Source of the DNA: Caldisericia bacterium
Lineage (GTDB): Bacteria; Caldisericota; Caldisericia; UBA6126
Reading direction: 5' to 3'
NCBI GenBank assembly: GCA_035363255.1
Contig: DAOSES010000015.1
Span: 1-58,933, forward strand
DNA length: 58,933 nt
Position 1 is the first letter of the stretch. Every line of letters starts with the position of its first letter. Below are positions 20,145 through 31,416 of the stretch, in pieces. The notes beneath the pieces are model-generated. The model was not told the origin of the DNA and did no database searches. It was given only the letters and a program-made list of their open reading frames with translations. The position numbers and the translations under genes were made by a program.

Positions 20145-21122
20145 TTATTTGCTTTTGATTGGGTACCAACAGCGAACAAAATGACCTTTTTCAATTTCTT
20201 CGTAGGCAGGCTCTTCCATTTTGCATTTATCCTTGACATAGGGGCAACGAGGATGAAATTTGCATCCAGGAGGTGCTTTGTAGGGATTGGGTACAACGCC
20301 TGGGATTGCTTGTAGAGGTTCTTGGGTACGAGCTTTATCGACGCGTGGAATTGAATTCAAAAGACCAGAAGTATAGGGATGCATGGGGTGGCGATATATA
20401 TCATTAATATTGGAATATTCGACTATTCGACCATAATACATCACAGCAATATTATCGGCCATTTCAGCAACTACTGCCAGGTTGTGGGTGATAAGTATGA
20501 TGGACATATTGGTTTTTTTCTTGATATCTTTCATAAGTTCAAGTATCTGAGCTTGAATTGTTACATCAAGCGCTGTGGTTGGCTCATCAGCAATAAGAAT
20601 ATCTGGATCACAAGCAAGAGCCATGGCTATCATTACTCTTTGACGCATACCACCGCTCATTTGGTGGGGGAAATTGTTAAATCTTCGCTCAGGATCAGGT
20701 ATGCCAACTGAAGAAAAGACATCGATTACTCGTTTTTTTGCTTCAGACTCGGACATATTTTTGTGGTTGATTAGCACTTCAGAAACTTGCTCACCAACTT
20801 TGAATACTGGATTTAATGAGGTCATGGGTTCTTGGAAAATCATGGAAATTTTGTTGCCACGTATTTTCATCATTTCATTGTTGGAGAGTTTAAGCAAATC
20901 GATGCCATTGTATATAATTTCGCCGCGTTCTATTTTTGCAGGAGGAATAGCTAAAAGTTGCATAATAGAAAGGGAAGTAACAGATTTTCCACAACCAGAT
21001 TCTCCGACAAGACCAAGGGTTTCACCTTTGCTAAGATTGATGCTCACGCCTTCTACTGAATGGGTAACACCGTCCATGGTATAGAAATAGGTGTGCAGGT
21101 CTTTAACTTCGAGTAATGACAT
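20145..21122 (-). CDS. oppD: Oligopeptide ABC transporter ATP-binding protein OppD
   Basis: GESGCGKS and MSGGMRQR with an OppD-type C-terminal domain. Confidence 0.85.
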   Translation of the reverse strand: MSLLEVKDLHTYFYTMDGVTHSVEGVSINLSKGETLGLVGESGCGKSVTSLSIMQLLAIPPAKIERGEIIYNGIDLLKLSNNEMMKIRGNKISMIFQEPMTSLNPVFKVGEQVSEVLINHKNMSESEAKKRVIDVFSSVGIPDPERRFNNFPHQMSGGMRQRVMIAMALACDPDILIADEPTTALDVTIQAQILELMKDIKKKTNMSIILITHNLAVVAEMADNIAVMYYGRIVEYSNINDIYRHPMHPYTSGLLNSIPRVDKARTQEPLQAIPGVVPNPYKAPPGCKFHPRCPYVKDKCKMEEPAYEEIEKGHFVRCWYPIKSK

Positions 21123-21322
21123 AACAACAATACCCCTCTTTCATTTCTAAGCCTTTAAAACATATCTGAGCATTTTTACTAAAATATAAGTCATATCTTC
21201 ACAAAGTCAAACCATTTCATCTAAGTGAATAGGTTTGTTTCGGTTTCATCTAATTTTACTAAATAAAGGATTTAAGCTATGCTATGATGGAAAATAAAAT
21301 TTTATAAGCAAGGGAGAAAAAG

Positions 21323-22696
21323 ATGAGCATTAATCCCCAAATGTTTAGAGAATATGATATACGCGGTATCGTTGACCAGGATCTAACTGAAAAATCTGTA
21401 TCCTTGCTTGCTCAAGCCTTAGCGAGTTATTTTCTTAATAATAAACAACTAACGGTTTTGCTTGCAGAGGATAATCGTCCATCCTCCATTCCATTTGCTC
21501 AGATCATGAGTTCTGTTTTTTGTGATAGCGGAATATCAGTAATTGATCTTGGAATCGTTACTACTCCTATGTTTTATTTTGCTTCGCGCTTAAAAAAAAT
21601 CAACGCTGGTGTTATGATTACTGCGAGTCATAACCCAAAAGAATACAACGGTTTTAAAGTATTACTTGGTCCCTCTACTATATACGGCCAAGAAATACAA
21701 CAAATCCTGCATCTCTGCGAAACAAATACATGGAAACCTTCACTAAATAAAGGAGTTCTTGAGACAAGTAATGTCTTTCCAATTTATTTGCAACATCTGC
21801 AACAGATCTTTCAATTTGGACCTCGTCCATTAAAAGTTTTGCTAGATTGTGGTAATGGAACGGCATCCTTATCCAGCCCTGAGATATTAAAACAATTCCC
21901 TATCCTTCTGGAAGGTATGTATTGCGACTCCGATCCTTCATTTCCAAACCATTTTCCCGATCCAGTCAAAGCGAGTAATATGAGAGATGCTGCCGAGTTT
22001 GTAAAAAAACATCACTTTGATCTTGCAATTGGTCTCGACGGTGATGGCGATCGTTTAGGTGTAGTTGATGAACTCGGTAATATGCTCTGGGGCGACATGT
22101 TAATGATTCTTTATGTAAGAGAAATTCTTGCCAAACATCCTGGCGAAACCATTCTTGTCGAAGTTAAGTGCTCGCAACTACTCATTGATGAAATCGAACG
22201 TCTTGGGGGGAAAGCAGTGATATACAAAACTGGTCATTCTCTAATAAAGGCCAAAATGAGAGAAATTAACGCAATCATGGCTGGTGAGATGTCAGGGCAC
22301 TTATTTTTTAATGATGAATATTTTGGCTTTGATGATGCCACCTATGCTGCACTCAGATTGCTTCGTATCCTTTCCAACTCACAACAACCATTATCAAGAT
22401 TATTAGAAGATCTTCCTCGTTTGTATTCTACTCCAGAGATTCGAGTCCATGTACCCGAAGAAGAAAAAGCTAATTATGTGAAAAAAGCGCATACATATTT
22501 ATCGTCAAGATATGAATACATTGATATTGACGGTATCCGAGCGAAGATGCATGGAGGTTGGGGTTTGGTCAGAGCTTCCAACACAGGCCCCGAACTAATC
22601 ATCCGAGCTGAGGGACCAAATTTGGAAAAACTTGAAGAAATAAAAAATGAACTGAATCGTGCTCTTGAACCGCTCAATCTCGACTGGGTTGGTTAA
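21323..22696 (+). CDS. Phosphomannomutase/phosphoglucomutase
   Basis: Active-site TASHNPKEYNGFK and the Mg loop GLDGDGDR. RBS GGGAG upstream. Confidence 0.85.
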   Translation: MSINPQMFREYDIRGIVDQDLTEKSVSLLAQALASYFLNNKQLTVLLAEDNRPSSIPFAQIMSSVFCDSGISVIDLGIVTTPMFYFASRLKKINAGVMITASHNPKEYNGFKVLLGPSTIYGQEIQQILHLCETNTWKPSLNKGVLETSNVFPIYLQHLQQIFQFGPRPLKVLLDCGNGTASLSSPEILKQFPILLEGMYCDSDPSFPNHFPDPVKASNMRDAAEFVKKHHFDLAIGLDGDGDRLGVVDELGNMLWGDMLMILYVREILAKHPGETILVEVKCSQLLIDEIERLGGKAVIYKTGHSLIKAKMREINAIMAGEMSGHLFFNDEYFGFDDATYAALRLLRILSNSQQPLSRLLEDLPRLYSTPEIRVHVPEEEKANYVKKAHTYLSSRYEYIDIDGIRAKMHGGWGLVRASNTGPELIIRAEGPNLEKLEEIKNELNRALEPLNLDWVG

Positions 22697-23763
22697 ATAA
22701 TGATTAACTCGTCTTTTTCAAGATGAGTTAGATTGAGATAACCTTTTTCCAGAACAATAACAGAGTCTTCGATTCGTACGCCAAATCGTTCATCAAGATA
22801 GATTCCTGGCTCAATAGTGATCAACATACCCTTTGCTAAGGGTATCTTATTATCGGAAGATATTCGAGGTAACTCGTGAATTTCAAGACCTACACCATGA
22901 CCAGTGCTATGCTTAAAATATACACCATATCCCTGCTGTGTGATATATTCACGAGCAAGCATATCTATATCACTGCACAAAACACCTTCACTAATGCTAT
23001 CGATGGCTTTTTTTTGAGCTTCGAGAACAATTTTGTATACCTTTTCTGCCTCGGGATCCTGAGGTTTTCCAAAAGCAATAGTACGTGTTGTATCAGAAGC
23101 ATAGCCCTGATAAAAAACTCCAAAATCAAAAGTAATAATATCGCCATGCTCAATTTTCTTTTCGCTAGCTACCCCATGGGGCATTGCGCTTCGTCTACCT
23201 GAGGCAACAATGGTATCAAAGGATACTTTTTGCCCACCTCTTTTTTTCATCTCATATTCAAGAATTGCACTCAATTCTGCTTCTGTAATACCTGCTTTGA
23301 TATGATTCAGCATAGCCAAATACGATTGATTAGCAATATTGGCGGCTTCTTGTAAGATGCTAATTTCATTTTCTTCTTTTTTCATTCTTATCAATTCGAA
23401 GAAATCTGGGGTATTTTTCCAAGATTTTTCTGGAAATTTATCAAACAATCTAAGATATAGACTTAGATGAGTTTCACCTTCAAGTCCAATGAACTGAGCG
23501 TTCTGAATATATTCTGAAATCATATCCCATAACTGCTTGGGTTGATATTCATAGACTTCAACATTCGAAAAAGCTTGAGTTTTTGCTTGGTAGGTATATC
23601 TACCATCCACCAAAAGGATAATTCGACCGGTGGAAAAAACGATTACAATACCTTCGCCACCAGTAAAACCACTCGAATAGAGTATATTTGAAGCTTTGAT
23701 GCTTAAAAAAGCATCAAGATCGTGTTCTCGAAGATGATTTGTTATGAGGTCATTTCGATTCAT
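22693..23763 (-). CDS. M24-family Xaa-Pro aminopeptidase
   Basis: Metal-binding motifs HGVGLEIHE and ITIEPGIY. Confidence 0.85.
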   Translation of the reverse strand: MNRNDLITNHLREHDLDAFLSIKASNILYSSGFTGGEGIVIVFSTGRIILLVDGRYTYQAKTQAFSNVEVYEYQPKQLWDMISEYIQNAQFIGLEGETHLSLYLRLFDKFPEKSWKNTPDFFELIRMKKEENEISILQEAANIANQSYLAMLNHIKAGITEAELSAILEYEMKKRGGQKVSFDTIVASGRRSAMPHGVASEKKIEHGDIITFDFGVFYQGYASDTTRTIAFGKPQDPEAEKVYKIVLEAQKKAIDSISEGVLCSDIDMLAREYITQQGYGVYFKHSTGHGVGLEIHELPRISSDNKIPLAKGMLITIEPGIYLDERFGVRIEDSVIVLEKGYLNLTHLEKDELIII

Positions 23764-25531
23764 TATCGGACTCCTTACTTAAAATGAGATGTAAATCATT
23801 CAGTTGTTGAGATGATACCATAGATGGTTCGCCAGTTAATGGAGATGCTCCACGGGTATTTTTAGGGAAGGCAATTACTTCTCTTAGAGAGGTTTTGTTT
23901 GCTAATAACATGACTAATCGATCTAATCCTATCGCAAATCCACCTTCTGGAGGAGCACCATACGACATAGCTTCCATTAAAAAACCAAATTGTTCTTGTA
24001 TCAAAGATTCGGGTAAACCCATGAATCTTAAAATCTCATGCTGTAAATCAGCTTGATATATTCGCAAGCCTCCAGAGCCCAATTCAAAACCATTTAGGAC
24101 CAAGTCAAAGGAAGCAGATCTGATTTTTTCAGGTTCAGTTTTGATCCATCGGTGATAGTCTTCCATGTGAGGCAAGGTAAAAAGATGATGTGCGGATTGA
24201 TAACGTTGATCTTCTTCATTCCATTCAAAAAGTGGAAAGTCAGTGATCCAGGCAAAACGATACTTTTCTGAGGAATCAATGAGATGACAGGTTTGCCCAA
24301 GCTCTTGCCTGATTTTTCCCATAAGGGAGGTGATCTTGTTTTTTGGTCCTAACAACGCAACAATGGTATCCTGGACTTTGCTTGATAAAAAGTGCTCCAA
24401 TTCAGTTCGATCAGCTTCTTGGAGAAGATTGATTGATAAGCCATTTTCTTTATGTTTGAAAAAATAAACGTTGATTCCTTCGCTTTTATATGTTTCGATA
24501 AAATCGTCGCTTTGCTTTCTCGATAAGGAAACTTTATCACCTGGAAGCCTTATAGCAAGAAAGCTATCACCAAGCTGAATTCGTTCAAAAAAAGGCGAAT
24601 AAGATTCCTTGTTAAAATAGGGAGTGATATTTTTGATGACAAGGGGATTGCGAAGATCTGGTTTATCGCTTCCATAGCTATCCATAGCATCCTGGTATGT
24701 TATTTCTTGAAAAGGAGTTTTTAATTCTTTTCCTAATACCTGTAAAAATATTGTCTTAACAAGTTCTTCAATGAGTCTTTTAAGTTCATCGTTAGTGGTA
24801 AAGGCGCATTCAAAATCGATTTGGGAAAACTCAGGCTGACGATCGAGGCGAAAATCCTCATCTCTAAAGCATCGACAAATCTGGAAGTATTTATCGATTC
24901 CACCCATCATAAGAAGTTGTTTAAAAATTTGGGGTGATTGGGTGAGAGCATAAAAATGTCCCGAGTGAATTCGGGAGGGGACAAGAAAATCTCTTGCTCC
25001 CTCGGGAGTGCTTTTGGCAAGATAAGGGGTATCGACTTCCCAGAAACCCTGCTCAGTAAAAAATTTTCGGGTTGATTGCATGATTTCGTGTCGCATTTTG
25101 AAGGAGTTCATGACTTCCAAGTTGCGTAAATCAATAAAGCGGTATTTCATGCGCAAATTTTCATCAACATTTTGTGAATTAAGGACATTAAATGGAAGCT
25201 GATTGGCTGAAGAAAGAATCTCAATTTTATCTACAATAATTTCGATTTGCCCAGTTTTCATCTGGGGATTAATATCCTTTTCAGCGCGTGGGGATACTAA
25301 ACCTTCAATACATATTACATCTTCGTGATGCAATTTTGTTGAGGCTTCATGCAATGCAGGATGCTTGGAAGCATCAACAACTAATTGTATGACTCCACTT
25401 CGATCTCTCAGAAGAATAAAGCTTAAACCACCTCCAACTTCACGAATGCGATCTATCCAACCTGAGAGAGTTTGTTTGGTGTTTTGATCGTTAATGGACA
25501 ATTCCCCGCAATACTTACTTCGGTACTTCAT
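23750..25531 (-). CDS. aspS: Aspartyl-tRNA synthetase
   Basis: Class II AspRS anticodon-binding OB fold and catalytic motifs (FRDEDFRLDRQPEF, GLDRLVMLL). Confidence 0.9.
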   Translation of the reverse strand: MKYRSKYCGELSINDQNTKQTLSGWIDRIREVGGGLSFILLRDRSGVIQLVVDASKHPALHEASTKLHHEDVICIEGLVSPRAEKDINPQMKTGQIEIIVDKIEILSSANQLPFNVLNSQNVDENLRMKYRFIDLRNLEVMNSFKMRHEIMQSTRKFFTEQGFWEVDTPYLAKSTPEGARDFLVPSRIHSGHFYALTQSPQIFKQLLMMGGIDKYFQICRCFRDEDFRLDRQPEFSQIDFECAFTTNDELKRLIEELVKTIFLQVLGKELKTPFQEITYQDAMDSYGSDKPDLRNPLVIKNITPYFNKESYSPFFERIQLGDSFLAIRLPGDKVSLSRKQSDDFIETYKSEGINVYFFKHKENGLSINLLQEADRTELEHFLSSKVQDTIVALLGPKNKITSLMGKIRQELGQTCHLIDSSEKYRFAWITDFPLFEWNEEDQRYQSAHHLFTLPHMEDYHRWIKTEPEKIRSASFDLVLNGFELGSGGLRIYQADLQHEILRFMGLPESLIQEQFGFLMEAMSYGAPPEGGFAIGLDRLVMLLANKTSLREVIAFPKNTRGASPLTGEPSMVSSQQLNDLHLILSKESDNESK

Positions 25532-26826
25532 TTGTTATCCTCCAGGAGCTCTTTAATGACAAAGATGAGTTGTGGTCGAGAACACTGAGTTTGGGAACGA
25601 TCCTTCAATTTTTTAATGCTTATGGTGCCTTGCTCGATCTCATCTTTTCCGAGAATGAGTGCGATTTTAGCTTGTTTTTTGATCGCAAGCTCCAAACCTT
25701 TTTTGATACCTTTACCTTCCAAATCAAGGTCAGTAGAAATATTATGTAATCGTAGCTCAGAGGCAAGAACCATTGCTTGAGGAGTTGTATCCTTTCCTTC
25801 ATGAGCGATAAAGCACAAAGGGGCCAAGCTTGGGCTAGACAATGAGGAGGGAAATTGTTGTAATAACATTATTAAACGCTCTAAACCCATCGCAAAACCA
25901 ATTGCAGGGGTGGGTGGTCCACCCATCAATTCAACTAATTCATCGTATCTTCCGCCCCCCAGCAAAGCACTTTGGGATCCAAGGTCGGAAGAAACAACTT
26001 CAAAAACAGTACGTTGGTAATAATCCAAGCCTCTGACCAACATTGGATTTTTTCGATAAGGAATAGAAAGTTGATCAAGAATATTTTGGAGAGAGACATA
26101 ATGGTGTTGGCAAGCTTCACAAAGATTTTCATCAATAGCAGGAGCTCCAAGAACTGCTTTTTGACAAACTGGATTTTTGCAATCCAAAACTCGAAGAGGA
26201 TTTTTTTCGATTCGTTTTTGACAGTCTTCGCAAAGCTCATTTACCCTATTTTTTAAAAAGTTTACTAGTTTTTCACGAAATGAAGGTCGACAGGCTTTGC
26301 ATCCTATAGAGTTCAGGTCTAATATCAGATTTTGGAAGCCTAATTTCTTAAGTATAAAGAAGCATAAGTGGATGACCTCAGCATCTGAAGAAGGCTCATT
26401 GCTACCAAACAACTCAACACCGTATTGATGAAATTCTCGATATCTACCCTTTTGGGGTCTTTCATATCGATGAAACGTATCAATATAATACAGTTTGACA
26501 GGCTTTGGACTTACGTGGAAATGATTTTCAATGTAAGCCCTGACTATACTGGCAGTGCCTTCGGGCTTGAGTACTAATTGCCGGTCGCTTTTATCTTTAA
26601 ACAGATACATTTCTTTGGTAACAATATCGGAAGTGTCACCCACCGAATGAATAAAAACTTCTGCATTTTCGAAAGCAGGTGTGCGTATTTCGCCATACGA
26701 AAATAAAGTCGATGCCTCTCTGAGAATCTGGGTTGCGTGCTCCCAAAGTATAGATTCTTCCGGAAGAATATCTCGAGTTCCAATACTTTTTGTGTATTTC
26801 ATAGTTTGTATTTTAGGTTCTAGCAA
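25528..26826 (-). CDS. hisS: Histidyl-tRNA synthetase, with a Cys-rich insertion domain
   Basis: HisRS motifs (LKPEGTASIVRAY, RGLDYYQRTVFE, GGGRYD). Confidence 0.9.
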   Translation of the reverse strand: MLEPKIQTMKYTKSIGTRDILPEESILWEHATQILREASTLFSYGEIRTPAFENAEVFIHSVGDTSDIVTKEMYLFKDKSDRQLVLKPEGTASIVRAYIENHFHVSPKPVKLYYIDTFHRYERPQKGRYREFHQYGVELFGSNEPSSDAEVIHLCFFILKKLGFQNLILDLNSIGCKACRPSFREKLVNFLKNRVNELCEDCQKRIEKNPLRVLDCKNPVCQKAVLGAPAIDENLCEACQHHYVSLQNILDQLSIPYRKNPMLVRGLDYYQRTVFEVVSSDLGSQSALLGGGRYDELVELMGGPPTPAIGFAMGLERLIMLLQQFPSSLSSPSLAPLCFIAHEGKDTTPQAMVLASELRLHNISTDLDLEGKGIKKGLELAIKKQAKIALILGKDEIEQGTISIKKLKDRSQTQCSRPQLIFVIKELLEDNK

Positions 26827-26844
26827 GATTCTGTCAAGATAAGG

Positions 26845-27783
26845 CTAATCAATAGGCGTTTCGGACCTAAGTTCGATTGAATAGGGTTCTACGTGAACAA
26901 CTACGTCTTCAATAAATTCAATCTCATTCTTTAGTTGTTTTTCGATCTCGTCACAAACTTGATGCGAAACATCAACTGACATCGTAGGAGAAACAAGGAC
27001 ATGTAAATCGACAAAGAGTAGGCTTCCATGGTATCTTGAACGAACATCATGAACATCCATTACCCCTTTGATTGAGGAGCTTATATGCTTTATCTTTGCC
27101 AGGAGCTTTTCATCAGCACCTGCATCCAAGAGAACAGCGCCATTATGACAAATTATTGTATAAGAAGTTTTTATGATGAACACCGCAACTGCAATTGTCA
27201 TAAGAGGATCAAGAATCATAAATGACTTACCACCCCAAATGGCCAAACTCACTCCAAGGAATGTACAAATCGAAGAAAAAGCATCACTTCGATGATGCCA
27301 GGCATTTGCTATGATTGACTCATTTCGTAAATTTTTTCCTACTTTGACTGTTGCATGGAAAATCCATTCCTTAAACACTACGGTGAGAAAAGCTCCTGGA
27401 AGAACTAAAGGATTGATTTCGCTATACTGATTTTGCTGTAAAAATAGATTGATTTTAGACAATCCGGAATAAACGAAGGTGAAACCAACTAAAGCAAGGA
27501 TTAAACCGAGTAAAAAAGCCGTTAACGATTCTACTTTTCGATGTCCATAGGGATGATATTTGTCGGGAGGATGTTGCGATAGACGGAGAGTGGCTAAGAT
27601 TCCAAAATCAGTGAGTAAGTCAGAGGCAGAATGAAATCCATCTGCCATGATAGCGCTACTATGCCCAAAATATCCACTGAGTATTTTGAGTAAGGACAGC
27701 AATACATTTATAGCTACGCTCCAATAAGTAATCCCTTCACCGATTCGAATATAATTTTTAGCAGTGTACTCATTTTTTTGCAT
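26845..27783 (-). CDS. Cation diffusion facilitator family transporter
   Basis: Six TM segments, metal-site HxxxD motifs, and a C-terminal cytoplasmic domain. Confidence 0.8.
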   Translation of the reverse strand: MQKNEYTAKNYIRIGEGITYWSVAINVLLSLLKILSGYFGHSSAIMADGFHSASDLLTDFGILATLRLSQHPPDKYHPYGHRKVESLTAFLLGLILALVGFTFVYSGLSKINLFLQQNQYSEINPLVLPGAFLTVVFKEWIFHATVKVGKNLRNESIIANAWHHRSDAFSSICTFLGVSLAIWGGKSFMILDPLMTIAVAVFIIKTSYTIICHNGAVLLDAGADEKLLAKIKHISSSIKGVMDVHDVRSRYHGSLLFVDLHVLVSPTMSVDVSHQVCDEIEKQLKNEIEFIEDVVVHVEPYSIELRSETPID

Positions 27784-27831
27784 TCGTATGAGTTTAAGCC
27801 ATACTTCCCTGCTGTCAAATTTTTTAAAAAG

Positions 27832-30018
27832 CTAAGGTGTAAAACGGATTAATATCTGGTTTTTGCTTGCATCCCATTCCACCTTAGCACCAAAGCCTTC
27901 ACTGATAAATCGAATGGGTACAAAGGTTCTGCTATTTTTAATTTCTGGGGGAACAGGTAAAACACAGGCAACATCATTGATGAAAGCAAGTTTTTCGCCA
28001 ATATCTAAGCGAATTTTGTTAGTTTTCAATTGTATGTAAATTCGACCCTTTCCAATGTTTTCCCATTTAATTTCAGCCTTAAAAGCTTCACTAATAAAAC
28101 GAAGTGGAACCATGGAACTCCCTTTGCTGATATAGGGAGGAGCATCCAATACAATTTCTTTGTCGTCAATGTAAGCATACGAGATGCCTATGAAAAGTTT
28201 TATGACAATTTCTGGTAAAGGGATAACTGAAACAATTATTGGTATTTCAAGTTTTCCAGAATTGGTGTTAACAATCAAAACTTCACGGTAATCTTTTAAT
28301 TCTTGATTTTTGGAATCGAATACAATTTTAAAATCATGGGTCTGCCCTTTTCTCAAGAAAAACTTCGGATTAAAAAGACGATGAGGAGTATTTTTACTTT
28401 TTAAGTCGGCACTTCCCTCAAGAATACCACCACCCGAATTTTGGATCTTAATAAATTCCTCAATCTTCTCTCCTGCAAAAACAGATATTCGAATATCGCG
28501 ATTCTGTCCTTCCTTTTTTATCCATTCTGCTTTTGGTGGTACAGCAATGATAGCTAAGCTAACTGGGATCTGAAATGTTTCATTTTTGGTGGAGATGGTT
28601 ACCTGAGTTTTGTAGTGTTTGGAAGTATTTTCAAGTTGTTTTCTGTTTACATAAAATTCCACTTTATCTCGATGATCTTTTGAAAGAGTTAGCGAAGAAC
28701 TTGACGCTTCAAGCCATGGATCTGCAACAACAATTTTCAACTCTTGAGTATCAGGCGAAAGATTTTCAATTTCAAGGTAAGCCATAGGAAAAACTTCTGT
28801 TTCGTCTAAATCGAATTCACCAAAATCAATATTTTCCTGATCCAGACTTAAGGCTGATTTAACCTCAACTGATACCTCAAAGGAATGAGAGCCTCCATCA
28901 GAAGTGATACTAATGCGACCATTATGGGTACCAGGAGGCATCAGCTTGGTATTTACCGTCAGATTGATTTCCTCCTCAGTGGAATCAAAGCTAGTTTTAC
29001 TCAGAGTCATCCAGCGCTGATTTGCACTTACTTTACCCTTGATTTTCCCTCGTACACTATTGCTGATAAAAAATTTCTCTGAGGGTCGATCGCCAATGAA
29101 ATTGCTTCCAAAGTCGATCATCTTGGTTTCACAATGTAAAACAGGGGTAGGCAAAATATCCATTTTAACCACAACGGATGCCGTACCCCCATTCGAGTCA
29201 ATCGTAATAGTTTCCTCGCTGTATCCATCTTTTTTACTCGATTTGTCAAGGCTAATAGCTACTTCAGTGATACCATACTCGGAAAGATGAACTTCTTCAG
29301 GATAAAATCCTAATGAATTCGAGGAAGATTTGATGCGCGCTTGTAGATCTCCTCCACCTTCGTTTATGATATTTAAGTTCCGTGTAGGAGAAGCATCGTG
29401 TTCAACTGTGCCAAAATCGATAAACTTTGGCTCAACCGAGAGTTTTGGATTTTTTGAGCTAGGACCTGCTTTGTATTTGCTAAGCATATCCCCTTCAGGC
29501 GATTCATCGATAAACACATCATAGGTATGAGACAACACAGCAAATTTGAACGAGAACTTATCATCGTCCTCATAAATATCATGCTTAGAGATTTGTATGA
29601 TACCAGTGCAATTATCTTTTTGAAAAAAAACTGGAGAATAATCACCTACTAAATATAAAGCAGAATCAAACACTCCAACGCTATATGATCCTTCAAACTC
29701 AATGATTAAAATCAAATAGTCTGTTTCTCTTACCGCATGACCAGCTCCTGTGCTAAAAAAGATTCCAATGGAACAGTCATTATTATTGAGATTCCAGTTG
29801 CCCCAGCTATCCAATCTAAAATAGATGTTGTCATCATCTGTTCTCGCATAAATGGATTTAATATCAATCTCGATATTACGATAAGCATCTTTTGGGTCTG
29901 ATATCTGAAGCATAAAGTCATTGCCCTCTACTACTGGCAAATTAGAACTAAAACTAAGCACAAACACAAAAAGTGCACATACGATTGCTAGAACAGACTT
30001 TCTCATCACACACCTCAC
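27832..30018 (-). CDS. Large secreted/surface protein with two C-terminal copper-amine-oxidase-N-terminal-like domains
   Basis: Signal peptide and a beta-rich body. The C-terminus carries a duplicated module VPLRFISEAFKAEIKWE / VPIRFISEGFGAKVEWD. Confidence 0.6.
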   Translation of the reverse strand: MRCVMRKSVLAIVCALFVFVLSFSSNLPVVEGNDFMLQISDPKDAYRNIEIDIKSIYARTDDDNIYFRLDSWGNWNLNNNDCSIGIFFSTGAGHAVRETDYLILIIEFEGSYSVGVFDSALYLVGDYSPVFFQKDNCTGIIQISKHDIYEDDDKFSFKFAVLSHTYDVFIDESPEGDMLSKYKAGPSSKNPKLSVEPKFIDFGTVEHDASPTRNLNIINEGGGDLQARIKSSSNSLGFYPEEVHLSEYGITEVAISLDKSSKKDGYSEETITIDSNGGTASVVVKMDILPTPVLHCETKMIDFGSNFIGDRPSEKFFISNSVRGKIKGKVSANQRWMTLSKTSFDSTEEEINLTVNTKLMPPGTHNGRISITSDGGSHSFEVSVEVKSALSLDQENIDFGEFDLDETEVFPMAYLEIENLSPDTQELKIVVADPWLEASSSSLTLSKDHRDKVEFYVNRKQLENTSKHYKTQVTISTKNETFQIPVSLAIIAVPPKAEWIKKEGQNRDIRISVFAGEKIEEFIKIQNSGGGILEGSADLKSKNTPHRLFNPKFFLRKGQTHDFKIVFDSKNQELKDYREVLIVNTNSGKLEIPIIVSVIPLPEIVIKLFIGISYAYIDDKEIVLDAPPYISKGSSMVPLRFISEAFKAEIKWENIGKGRIYIQLKTNKIRLDIGEKLAFINDVACVLPVPPEIKNSRTFVPIRFISEGFGAKVEWDASKNQILIRFTP

Positions 30019-30141
30019 GTAGTTTTGGGATAAGTCATTGCTGGCGAAAAGCTAAAGCTTAAGTATTCAACTTATCCACCATATTAGCGAAATCATGTAT
30101 GGTAGTATATTCAAACGCCTAAAAAATTTCAAGTGATTTTT

Positions 30142-31416
30142 TCAACAAGTAGCAAGTTCCTCCCAGGAAGTGGTAAAGCGATCTGAGAGATGTTTGCGAC
30201 GCATATCCCAGGCCTTTTCCTTTTGCACGCAGGCAGGACGAACTGTATGCTGACCCCAGCGCTGATTGATCTTTTCCATGGCTAAAAGCAGAGACTCGGG
30301 GGCTTGGGAAGTCAGGGTCTGATCTGACAAATCAAAAAGGGAGGGGGTAAGATATTCGCTGGATGAAATATCAAGCAGAATCACCCCGCTCTTGGTATAG
30401 TGGATGCCTGCACGGAAAATTTTGCTCAGTGCCTGAAAAGCCATGCGAATAAAAAGAAAGGGGTCTCTGGAAGGAATCGTATTTAAAACTGAAAAGTAGT
30501 TGGCGTAAGAATGGTGGGTGTCAAAGCGATTGCTTGTGATAAATACTCCTACTCCTCGCGCCGAAGCATTTTGGGATCTAAGCTTTTGAACAGCTTGAAG
30601 CACATGCTGACTGACTGCTTCTTTGAGCTCTTGTATTGTTTGCACAGGACGTCCAAAAGAAAGGGAACAGCATATTTCCTTGCAATTGAGCCTTTCATTG
30701 CCAAAAGAAAAACAGGAAAAACCTCGCAATTCCCAAGCAGTAGCAAGGCCCTTACTCGTCATTTTTTTGCGTATCCAAGTGTCATTAGCTCTGACAAGAT
30801 CAAGTGCTGTAACGATACCATGAAGCTGGAGCTGTTTGGAATATTGTCTGCCGATGCCCCATATGTTTTCGACTTGAGTTCCCGCCAGAGCTTTTTGAAT
30901 TTCGTTACTTTGCATGAGGCAGGAGACTCCATTTAGCTCAAGGTTTTTTTTGGCAATACGATTGGCTAATTTTGCCAGAGTTTTACTTGCAGAAATTCCT
31001 ACGGAAACAGGTATGCCTGTGTTTTTCCTAACTTCGGCACGCACACGATGTGCAAAGTTTTCAGTATCTGAAAGGTTTTGCGAAGGAAATCGCAAAAAGG
31101 CTTCATCAATGGAATATATTTCAAGCTCGTCAGAAAACTTGGATAAAACGTTCATAACTCGATCCGACAAGTCTCCGTATAAGGTATAATTGGAAGAACA
31201 TAGCTGAACTCCTTGACGAAGGATTTCGTGTTTATGCTTGAAGATAGGATCTCCCACCTTGATACCAAGAGCTTTCGCTTCTCTGGAGCAGGAGATAGCA
31301 CAACCATCATTATTGGAAAGCACTACTACTGGCTTGCCTTCGAGCGCAGGATTGAATACTCTCTCGCAAGAAACATAAAAATTGTTACAGTCAACCAAAG
31401 CGATAGAGCGTTTCAT
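30142..31416 (-). CDS. umuC: Y-family translesion DNA polymerase UmuC-like
   Basis: [18 protein letters not shown]...[10 protein letters not shown]. The ATG at 31416 overlaps the umuD stop as ATGA. The ORF tool extends it to 31458. Confidence 0.85.
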   Translation of the reverse strand: MKRSIALVDCNNFYVSCERVFNPALEGKPVVVLSNNDGCAISCSREAKALGIKVGDPIFKHKHEILRQGVQLCSSNYTLYGDLSDRVMNVLSKFSDELEIYSIDEAFLRFPSQNLSDTENFAHRVRAEVRKNTGIPVSVGISASKTLAKLANRIAKKNLELNGVSCLMQSNEIQKALAGTQVENIWGIGRQYSKQLQLHGIVTALDLVRANDTWIRKKMTSKGLATAWELRGFSCFSFGNERLNCKEICCSLSFGRPVQTIQELKEAVSQHVLQAVQKLRSQNASARGVGVFITSNRFDTHHSYANYFSVLNTIPSRDPFLFIRMAFQALSKIFRAGIHYTKSGVILLDISSSEYLTPSLFDLSDQTLTSQAPESLLLAMEKINQRWGQHTVRPACVQKEKAWDMRRKHLSDRFTTSWEELATC

